DNA from: Vicinamibacterales bacterium
GTDB lineage: Bacteria; Acidobacteriota; Vicinamibacteria; Vicinamibacterales; UBA8438
Assembly: GCA_965218825.1 (NCBI GenBank)
Contig: OZ244656.1
Coordinates: forward strand, 1,882,480 to 1,946,479
DNA length: 64,000 nt
Reading direction: 5' to 3'
Shown: piece after piece, positions 40,055 through 48,257 of the stretch
Layout of the letters: each line of letters opens with the position of its first letter
Numbering within the stretch: the first letter of the stretch is position 1
Program-made: the position numbers and the translations under genes
The notes under the pieces: generated by a model
Databases searched by the model: none
What the model was told of the DNA's origin: nothing
The model's input: only the letters and a program-made list of their open reading frames with translations

Positions 40055-41240
40055 GGTGCTTGCGCCGCTCGCTGTTGATCAGGCCGCCGCTCGCTGTTCG
40101 TACGACCATGAGAGCGGCGGCAACCCGCCCGCGGCAGTTTCGACGACCGCCACAAACACGCGCAGACGGACAAGCCGCCCTGTGAAGATGTCGCTCAGGG
40201 CCAATCGCCTGCTCACCAGACGGGCCTGCATGGCTGGGGTCCTCGTTTCGCGCCCGAACCGCAAGGCCCGGTGCGGTCGGACGAAGTTGTAGTGGCACCG
40301 CACGAGCTCGACGTGGCTGCGGAGCTGGTCTGCGTCACGGGCGTGGCAGGGCGAGCGCCGGCGCAAGTACGCCGACGCTTGCCGAATCGTGAGGTTGAGG
40401 CGCTCGACGAACGAGGTGTTCAGGGTCTCGGAATCCTCCGACGCCCACAACGCGGCTTTCAGTCGATTCGCCGTGCCGATCTTCACGCGCCGCTCGACCC
40501 GGACGACACGATTGTTCCGCCGTGTCTTGAGCACTTGACCATAGACGCACGTTGACCCCAAGAGAGCCCCAACCGCGCCGACGTAGTACTCGAAGCCATC
40601 GGTGGCGATCAGGGGACATCCCACGACTCGGCCCCGGCAGATGACGTCTTCGATGACGGCCCTGGCGTTTCGATCGGAGCGGCGCCCCAGGACGCTACTG
40701 GCCCACACGCGGGAGGATACCTCGATGGTCGCAAACAGCCAGACCGTTGTGCTCTTGTTGCCGATGAACGTGCAGAGCTCATCAGCTTGCAGCTCAATGA
40801 GGTCGAAGTCGCGCAACATCCGGTCGTTGAAGTGCTTCGCGGCCGTTGAGGCTCGCTCGAGCCAACGCGCGACGGTATTGCGGGAGTGGCCTGTGACGCG
40901 GGCGGTCGCCGAAATGCTCACGCCTTCGACGCGCAGGCTTGCGACTTGGTCGAACTCCCGTCGCGTGCAGCGAAGCCCACTGTAGGCCGTCCCCGTGTTC
41001 GTGCTGAGCGTTCCCCTGCAGACTGTGCATCGGTAGCGCCGTCGTCGGCCCGACTTCGTCGCAAACGAGCCGTAGCCCACGATGTTGAGGCCCGGTTTTC
41101 CACGATTGTCACACCCGGGCGTGGCGCACGCCATCCCGTCGATCGCGTTCATTGCTCAAGGGTACCGGGGGCGAGCCCGTCGTTTCCTCCACGATCTCGG
41201 AGGTAAAGCTGACCGATCAACAGCGACCGGCGCAAGCACC
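40055..41240 (-). mobile_element. IS1-like IS (1186 bp)
   Basis: 26-bp IRs GGTGCTTGCGCCGCTCGCTGTTGATC / GGTGCTTGCGCCGGTCGCTGTTGATC (1 mismatch). Confidence 0.8.
40079..41152 (-). CDS. IS1-family-like transposase (Zn finger + HTH + DDE, 357 aa)
   Basis: N-terminal CxxC...CxxC. NTSFVERLNLTIRQ...YNFVRPHRAL tail as in IS1-type enzymes. Confidence 0.6.
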   Translation of the reverse strand: MNAIDGMACATPGCDNRGKPGLNIVGYGSFATKSGRRRRYRCTVCRGTLSTNTGTAYSGLRCTRREFDQVASLRVEGVSISATARVTGHSRNTVARWLERASTAAKHFNDRMLRDFDLIELQADELCTFIGNKSTTVWLFATIEVSSRVWASSVLGRRSDRNARAVIEDVICRGRVVGCPLIATDGFEYYVGAVGALLGSTCVYGQVLKTRRNNRVVRVERRVKIGTANRLKAALWASEDSETLNTSFVERLNLTIRQASAYLRRRSPCHARDADQLRSHVELVRCHYNFVRPHRALRFGRETRTPAMQARLVSRRLALSDIFTGRLVRLRVFVAVVETAAGGLPPLSWSYEQRAAA

Positions 41241-41249
41241 AGACTGCCT

Positions 41250-43442
41250 ATGGACACGAATCGAATCGAACTGACAGTGGTGTCGAGCTCGGATACGTGT
41301 GGCAGCCAGACATCCAGCCTCAACCGCTTCGGTGCCGACCCTCGTCAGGGGCGGGTGTGGTGTGACTGGCCCCACCGCACCGTCGTCCTGACCTGTGATG
41401 GAACCATTGTTTGCGGCTGCGGCGACGCCTTCAACGAGAACCCGATGGGCGATGCCCGGAAGGAGAGCGTGCTGGACATCTGGCGCGGAGAGGGATTCCA
41501 GCGCATGCGGAGCGGCATGCGAGACGGTCATCTCGTCCCCTTCTGCTACCGCTGTGGGCTCATGGAGGTCCATCCGTCCGACTTCGACGTCCCCGACCTG
41601 CCGATCGTGCCGGATGCGTACCCGCGCGAGCTCTACGTCGAGCCGACGATCGTCTGCAATCTCCGATGCCCGCAGCCGGCCTGCGTACCCGACGAGGTGT
41701 ACGACACCCGCTCGATCCGGATGCTGCCGATCGACACGTACAAGAAGGTGCTCGATGAGGTCGGACCCCATCTCGAGCGCATGGTCTTCTACAACTACGG
41801 TGAGAGCTTCATCCACCCTGACGCGTGCCAGATGATCCGGTACGCGAAGGACGTGAACCCCAACATCTGGATCTGGACCTCCACCAACGGTCACTACTTC
41901 GACAAGCCCGAAAAGGTCCGAGCGCTCGTCGATTCCGGCATCGACGAGATTCAGTTCAGCATCGATGGGGCGACCCAGGAGGTCTACGAGGAGTACCGCA
42001 AGCACGGTCGTCTGACCAAAGTGTTGGACGGGATCCGAGCCGTCATTGAGGAGCGCGAACGCCGTGGCATGCCCGGCCCGTGGATCCTCTGGAACTACAT
42101 CCTGTTCCGATGGAACGACTCAGACGAGCAGATGGAGCGCGCTCGCGCGCTCGCAATCGAGTTGGGTGTCGACCGCCTCACCTGGACGACGACCGACCAG
42201 CCGCTCGGCATGCCGTCGACCCGCTTCGTGCCGGGCTCCCCCGACTACGAGCGGATCAGGCCGGGGCTGATCGGTGCTGGGCGGGACATCCCCAATGCCA
42301 TCCAATGGCGTGCCGGAATCGAGGCGATTGACCTCCCCACGAAGGTCCGCGTCGGTGACGCCTTCGTGGCTCGCCTGCGCGTCCGCAACGAAGGTGAGGT
42401 CCGGTGGCCTTCGGCGTCGGAGCAGACCACCAGGCCAGTCCGCCTCTATGGCCGGCTGAAGCCGGCGAGCGGTGACTCCTTCGGCCGGCCCTTTCTCGTC
42501 GGAACCCTGCCGCGCGCCGTACCACCGGGAGAAACGGTCGATGTCGAGATGCACGGGTTCGCCGGGAGGGAACCTGGACACGGCCGGCTCAAGCTGGATC
42601 TTCTTTTCGGCGAGCGCTGGTGGTTCGAGGAGCTTGGGGGCGAGCCGCTGGTACAAGACCTCGAGATCGGTGACGCCAATGACCGTCCACCGCTGTTGGA
42701 GCTGGTTTCAAGTCCATCGGCCGTCCGCGCCGGCGAAGAGTTCGAGGTTGTCGTGCGGGTGCATGGCCGCGTCGACCGCCCGCTCGATGGGTCTCCGGCG
42801 GCGATGCACCGTGCCGGTGTCGGTATCCGCTGGGCCGCCAATGAGGCCGCCACCCACTCCGCCGAAGGACGACGTTGCTACTTCGAACCGCCGCTTGGCC
42901 CCGGGGAGGTTCGCGAGCTACGGTTGTCCGTCCTGGCCCCGTCCCTCACGTCCGGTCGCTGGATGGCGAAACTAGATCTCGTCATGGAGGGGCTGACCTG
43001 GTTCGAGGACCTTGGATTCGAGCCGCTGTGCCTGGAGCTCGAGGTCGACGGAGACACCGAGCCCTGTCAAGTCGCTGTGGAGGTGCTCCAGGCACCCGCG
43101 ACGGTGGCCCGCTCGGCCGCGTTCGATCTCAAACTCCGCGTCCGAAACGATTCGGACGAATCGCTTGACGGGTCCACCTCGAGCCAAGCTCTGGTCGGTG
43201 TCGGCATCCGTTGGACCGACGGGGCGGTCGGACGGGTCGCACGGGATTCCGATCGCCTTTATTTCGATCCGCCGCTGCAGCCCGGAGAAACCCGCGAACT
43301 TCTGCTGCGTGTGCCCGAAGGAGCACTCTCCGCAGGCACGTTCGTCGCACGGGTCGACCTGGTGAAGGAGCATCACTTCTGGTTCGAGGAAAAGGGCGCA
43401 CGGCCTTCGAAGTTCGAGCTCCTCATCTCCGAACCATCCTGA
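41250..43442 (+). CDS. radical SAM protein with N-terminal SPASM/twitch-like Cys-rich region and three C-terminal Ig-like (NBR1-like) repeats
   Basis: CDGTIVCGCGD...PFCYRCG, then VEPTIVCNLRCPQPAC, NYGESF, WTSTNG, FSIDG. Three ~115-aa repeats end (W)WFEE / WFED / WFEE. Confidence 0.7.
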   Translation: MDTNRIELTVVSSSDTCGSQTSSLNRFGADPRQGRVWCDWPHRTVVLTCDGTIVCGCGDAFNENPMGDARKESVLDIWRGEGFQRMRSGMRDGHLVPFCYRCGLMEVHPSDFDVPDLPIVPDAYPRELYVEPTIVCNLRCPQPACVPDEVYDTRSIRMLPIDTYKKVLDEVGPHLERMVFYNYGESFIHPDACQMIRYAKDVNPNIWIWTSTNGHYFDKPEKVRALVDSGIDEIQFSIDGATQEVYEEYRKHGRLTKVLDGIRAVIEERERRGMPGPWILWNYILFRWNDSDEQMERARALAIELGVDRLTWTTTDQPLGMPSTRFVPGSPDYERIRPGLIGAGRDIPNAIQWRAGIEAIDLPTKVRVGDAFVARLRVRNEGEVRWPSASEQTTRPVRLYGRLKPASGDSFGRPFLVGTLPRAVPPGETVDVEMHGFAGREPGHGRLKLDLLFGERWWFEELGGEPLVQDLEIGDANDRPPLLELVSSPSAVRAGEEFEVVVRVHGRVDRPLDGSPAAMHRAGVGIRWAANEAATHSAEGRRCYFEPPLGPGEVRELRLSVLAPSLTSGRWMAKLDLVMEGLTWFEDLGFEPLCLELEVDGDTEPCQVAVEVLQAPATVARSAAFDLKLRVRNDSDESLDGSTSSQALVGVGIRWTDGAVGRVARDSDRLYFDPPLQPGETRELLLRVPEGALSAGTFVARVDLVKEHHFWFEEKGARPSKFELLISEPS

Positions 43443-43551
43443 ACGGGACGCGAGTCCCCGACGACACGCAGCCTATTCATGCTCGCCAAACACCGCCGGG
43501 CGTGAACTTCTCAATCTCTCGGTCAGGCTGGCGGCTCGCCTGTACCCGAGC

Positions 43552-44401
43552 TTGACGTTTGCCACCGTTCCTGCCGGAGAGCGGTTGGCCGATGACCTGA
43601 TTGCGTTGGCCAGTAGCATCAACCCTAACATTGAGACGTCTAAAACGGGCACTGCCAATGTCGGTCTCTCGATCGGCGTGAATGCACCGGCCGTCGACGC
43701 GCTAACCGTATACGCCGGCTGCGATGGCTGGCTAGGCAGGGTAGGCACCAAGGGTCCATACAGAACCAGCGACCTCGGAAACCCCTTTGGAGCCGGCTTC
43801 GCCGCCTGCTTGGCGGCAGCCAACCTGTTTCGCTTCTTATTCCTTCCCGACGGCCCAACTTTATTGGATGCCGATCTTCGTTTTCCTTCCGACGCTGCCT
43901 CTTTCCCGCGTCTTGTGGCCTCCACAATGACGGACCCCTTGGTGTTGGTAGGTGTTGGAGCGGTGGGCAACAGTGCCTGCTGGGCACTAGCGCGTACGCC
44001 GCTAATCGGCCAGATTTACCTGGTCGATCCACAAATCGTCGAGCTTAGCAATCTGCAGCGCTACGTTCTCTGTGCGCGGAGCGACGAAAACGGCGTCAAG
44101 GTTGATATCGTTGGGAAGGAATTTGAGGGCGCACTACGTGCGCGACTTCATCAGGGAACATGGGCGTCCTTCGTGGGGACCAATGGCTACCATTGGGAAC
44201 GCGTTCTGGTTGCCCTAGATTCCGCCCATGACCGACGAGCCGTGCAAGGGAGCCTGCCACGTTGGGTCGCTAACGCGTGGACCCAGGCAGGTGATCTCGG
44301 CGTGTCCACTCATTCTTTCTTGGGTCCCGATGCCTGTCTTGCGTGCCTTTATTTGCCAACCCAGAAATCCAAGAACGAAGACCAGATCGTCGCTGAAAGC
44401 C
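43552..44401 (+). pseudogene. E1-like ThiF/UBA-family adenylating enzyme, C-terminus cut by IS
   Basis: LVGVGAVGNSACWALA Rossmann motif, YLVDPQIVELSNLQRY, CLAC. ~130-aa N-terminal extra domain. Reading frame enters the IS IR at 44402. TTG start uncertain. Confidence 0.7.
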
Positions 44402-45490
44402 TGCCTTGGTGCACAACTCCATTGAGGGCTGAGAGTCTCCCGTGACTCCGCCTGCCGGTCATCCGATCATCTCGCCATCGGGTATCCCGAGCGCCGTCAT
44501 GGTGTTCAGGATCTTGCACCCCAACCTCACCTCGACTCTCTGGGACGCCAGTCCCCTCGCTCGCATCGCTGAGCCCAGGATGGCCTTGTAGCGGTGGAAC
44601 GTCGTCTCCACCTTGCTTCGCCTGCTGTAGCCCGATGCGACGTACCACTTCCGTTTCCCAACATGTGATCGTGCTCGGATGTTACGATTCCGCTGTCACG
44701 TGCCCGCAGAGTCGAGCGCGAGCTGAGCGCCCTTTCGTGGCGGTATCAGCACCTTCGGCGATCGATGAGCACGGTGATTCTCCAGCGTCTTATAGACGTC
44801 GCCGGTGGCGTACGCGGCGTCGGCCTTGGCCGAGGCGATGGGACGCTCGATCTGGCCGACGAGTGACGCCACCCGGGAAGCGTCTCGAGCCCGCTTGCTC
44901 GTGAGCTCGCAGGCGACCACGTCACTGGTTTGCTCATCCACAGCGAGGTGCAGCTTGCGGTAGTCCCTGGCTTTCGGCGGAGTGCGCAACTGGCCGACGT
45001 GCACTGAAAGACCGCTGCTGTCGATGCGGAGGTGGACGGGCTTCACGGTTCGCCTCTCGGAGGAAGCAACCTTCCCCAGCCTCGCCTTGCGCCTCGAGAT
45101 CGTGCTGTGGTCGGGCACGTCGTTGTCCAGATTCAGGAGCGTCAGCAGCGAGCGCAGGAAGCCCTCAGTCTGCCTGGACGCCAGGCCAAACACCAAGCCC
45201 AAGGTGACCGTCGTCTCGATGGCGTGGTTCGAGTACTTGCGTTGTCGGCCTGGCTTCCTGCGCGTCGGCCTCGGCGAGTTCCAGTTGGCGAGCTTGCCAT
45301 CGGTGAGTCCGAGCCAGACGGTCAGACTCCCGCGAGCGCGGAGACCCGTCTCGTACTCCCGCCAATTCCGGACACGGTAGGCCTTCTGGACGTACTTCCG
45401 CTGGGTGCGCTTGAAACTCGTCATGCGGGACCTCGGATCTCGGGGTGGAGGGCAATTATTGACCGAGATCGCGAGTTGTGCACCAAGGCA
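44402..45490 (-). mobile_element. IS5-family (IS903-like) IS, copy A (1089 bp)
   Basis: 18-bp perfect IRs TGCCTTGGTGCACAACTC. The 9-mers at its own two ends do not match. Confidence 0.9.
44459..45424 (-). pseudogene. IS903-like transposase with premature TGA
   Basis: TGA at 44696-44698 where copies B and C have CGA. ORF stops after 242 of 321 codons. Confidence 0.85.
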
Positions 45491-45963
45491 TGGTGCTGGC
45501 CCATGATCGACGCCAGATCCTGCATGTCAACGTGACGGGGTACCCCACGGCCGCGTGGACGGCCCAACAGATCCGCAACGCGTTCCCGTGGGACACGGCG
45601 CCACGGTTTCTGTTGCGGGATCGCGACGGGACCTACGGCCACAATTTTCGGGCCTGTCTCGAGGCGATGGAGATCGACGAGGTCCTGACGGCTCCCCAGA
45701 GTCCGTGGCAGAACCCGTATGTCGAACGACTGATCGGATCGATGCGCCGAGAGTGCGTCGACCACGTGATCGTGCTCAATGAGCGATCACTCCACCGAAT
45801 ACTGCGATCGTACATCGACTACTATCATCTCTGGCGCACGCATCTCTCGTTGGGCAAGGATGCGCCCGTGAGCCGACGCGTCGAGCCTGCTGCACCGGGC
45901 GAGGTCATGGCGATGCCGCACGTGGGCGGCCTGCACCACAGCTACCATCGTCACGCGGCCTGA
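45491..45963 (+). pseudogene. rve-type integrase, C-terminal half
   Basis: AHDRRQILHVNVTGYPTAAWTAQQ...PQSPWQNPYVERLIGSMRRECVDH. Begins at the IS junction. Confidence 0.85.
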
Positions 45964-46191
45964 CGACCGCCATGGACGGTCGCCGCCGGAAGACCGTGCA
46001 CGCCGCGCGGCGGCCGGAGGAACGTCCGAAGGACGCCAGCCACTCGTCGGCGTTCACGGAGTGCACGTCCGCGATGGCGTTGGTGCACAACCCTTCGGCT
46101 GCGACGAGGCAGCTGTAGGCTCTCTGGCCACGGTGACCGCTGCGGGTGCACGATCTCGACATGAGATCAAAGGTCCATCCGAAGTACAAGA

Positions 46192-47280
46192 TGCCTTGGT
46201 GCACAACTCGCGATCTCGGTCAATAATTGCCCTCCACCCCGAGATCCGAGGTCCCGCATGACGAGTTTCAAGCGCACCCAGCGGAAGTACGTCCAGAAGG
46301 CCTACCGTGTCCGGAATTGGCGGGAGTACGAGACGGGTCTCCGCGCTCGCGGGAGTCTGACCGTCTGGCTCGGACTCACCGATGGCAAGCTCGCCAACTG
46401 GAACTCGCCGAGGCCGACGCGCAGGAAGCCAGGCCGACAACGCAAGTACTCGAACCACGCCATCAAGACGACGGTCACCTTGGGCTTGGTGTTTGGCCTG
46501 GCGTCCAGGCAGACTGAGGGCTTCCTGCGCTCGCGGCTGACGCTCCTGAATCTGGACAACGACGTGCCCGACCACAGCACGATCTCGAGGCGCAAGGCGA
46601 GGCTGGGGAAGGTTGCTTCCTCCGAGAGGCGAACCGTGAAGCCCGTCCACCTCCGCATCGACAGCAGCGGTCTTTCAGTGCACGTCGGCCAGTTGCGCAC
46701 TCCGCCGAAAGCCAGGGACTACCGCAAGCTGCACCTCGCTGTGGATGAGCAAACCAGTGACGTGGTCGCCTGCGAGCTCACGAGCAAGCGGGCTCGAGAC
46801 GCTTCCCGGGTGGCGTCACTCGTCGGCCAGATCGAGCGTCCCATCGCCTCGGCCAAGGCCGACGCCGCGTACGCCACCGGCGACGTCTATAAGACGCTGG
46901 AGAATCACCGTGCTCATCGATCGCCGAAGGTGCTGATACCGCCACGAAAGGGCGCTCAGCTCGCGCTCGACTCTGCGGGCACGCGACAGCGGAATCGTAA
47001 CATCCGAGCACGATCACATGTTGGGAAACGGAAGTGGTACGTCGCATCGGGCTACAGCAGGCGAAGCAAGGTGGAGACGACGTTCCACCGCTACAAGGCC
47101 ATCCTGGGCTCAGCGATGCGAGCGAGGGGACTGGCGTCCCAGAGAGTCGAGGTGAGGTTGGGGTGCAAGATCCTGAACACCATGACGGCGCTCGGGATAC
47201 CCGATGGCGAGATGATCGGATGACCGGCAGGCGGAGTCACGGGAGACTCTCAGCCCTCAATGGAGTTGTGCACCAAGGCA
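46192..47280 (+). mobile_element. IS903-like IS, copy B (1089 bp)
   Basis: Same IRs as copy A. Its IRR-side 9-mer CCAGCACCA is the reverse complement of the 9-mer at the IRL side of copy A. Confidence 0.9.
46258..47223 (+). CDS. IS903-like (IS5-family) transposase, 321 aa
   Basis: YRVRNWREYETGLRARGSLTVWL N-terminus and DDE_Tnp_1-type core. Intact. Confidence 0.85.
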   Translation: MTSFKRTQRKYVQKAYRVRNWREYETGLRARGSLTVWLGLTDGKLANWNSPRPTRRKPGRQRKYSNHAIKTTVTLGLVFGLASRQTEGFLRSRLTLLNLDNDVPDHSTISRRKARLGKVASSERRTVKPVHLRIDSSGLSVHVGQLRTPPKARDYRKLHLAVDEQTSDVVACELTSKRARDASRVASLVGQIERPIASAKADAAYATGDVYKTLENHRAHRSPKVLIPPRKGAQLALDSAGTRQRNRNIRARSHVGKRKWYVASGYSRRSKVETTFHRYKAILGSAMRARGLASQRVEVRLGCKILNTMTALGIPDGEMIG

Positions 47281-47848
47281 CCAGCACCACGAAGACAAAG
47301 AGCACCCGAAACGTGAGCGTCGGGACCACGAAGAAGTCGACCGAGACGAGTTGGCCGATGTGATTCGTCAGAAACGTACGCCAGGTCTGGGACGGCGGGG
47401 GCCGACGACGCACCATGTAGTGCCCGACCGTGGCTTCGGCGATCGCGATACCGAGTCTCAGCAGCTCGCCGTGGATGCGCGGGGCGCCCCAGGTCGGGTT
47501 GGCGTGGCACATCTGGCGGATGAGCACTTGAACGGCGCGCGGGATGCGTGGCCGACCGGGTCCGCGCGGCCGACTCTTCCAGCGCCAATAGCACCGAAAC
47601 CCTCGTCGATGCCACCGGAGAACGGTGTCGGGCTTGACGATGACGAGCGCTCGCCGCCATCCGGGCCACAGGTGACAGAGCCACGTCCAGAACAGCCGGT
47701 CAACGGACCGCAACCGCGGGCGCCCGCGGGCCTGTCGCTGCAGGACCGCTCATTGATGACGAAGCGCCGCGTTCTCAATCTGGAGCGCCGCCTGGCTCTG
47801 CAGGCCTGAGCCCAACGCGGTGAACAGTACGAGACAGACGGTCCGCAT
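47281..47848 (-). pseudogene. rve-type integrase, N-terminal half, with in-frame TGA
   Basis: MRTVCLV...LQIENAALRHQ*AVLQRQ...DRLFWTWL...VDFFVVPTLTFRVLFVFVVL. TGA at 47750-47752. Ends at the IS junction. Confidence 0.8.
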
Positions 47849-47995
47849 GGCCCGTGATGCTAGCAGGCCGACGCGAGATCCTCAATAATGCCCAATGTAC
47901 ATAATGGGGGGACGAGGTTTTCGGTAGGCACAGGAGAGTCGCCGCCACCTGATCTGGCCCCCAGTGGTCCTTCCCGGGAAGGACTGCGCGTTTCA

Positions 47996-48257
47996 ATGTC
48001 GCTCACGGAGACACTTGAGCAGTTTCCAGGATCGATGGCACGGACCGTCCGTCTGCTTCTGCAATTCGGCACCGGGCGGCTTGAGGAGGAGAACCGCGAA
48101 CTAAAGGTTGAACGTGCTGACCTTCTCAGTCGGATTGAACAGCTCCAATATCAAGTAGCCAAGAAGCAAACCCGTTCCGCTGTGCTGGTGGATCGGATAC
48201 GACAACTCAAGGTCGCAAGACGGCTCTACCAAATTCTTCAGACGCTTGGCGACCTAG
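47996..48257 (+). pseudogene. small coiled-coil protein gene, 5-prime part (interrupted by two IS)
   Basis: MSLTETLEQF...LQTLGDL runs into the IS1182-like IR. After removal of both IS the frame continues at 50920 (DAGWHGG*). Confidence 0.55.

Noticed and set aside
41082-41249. Longer start for the radical SAM gene at 41082
   Set aside because: Those 56 codons lie inside the IS1-like element, antisense to its transposase start, and are IS sequence. I kept this only as a possible IS-derived extension in the finding.
43473-43970. 165-aa minus-strand ORF over the E1-like gene start
   Set aside because: It is antisense to a motif-bearing ORF, with low-complexity Ala/Pro/Arg-rich composition.
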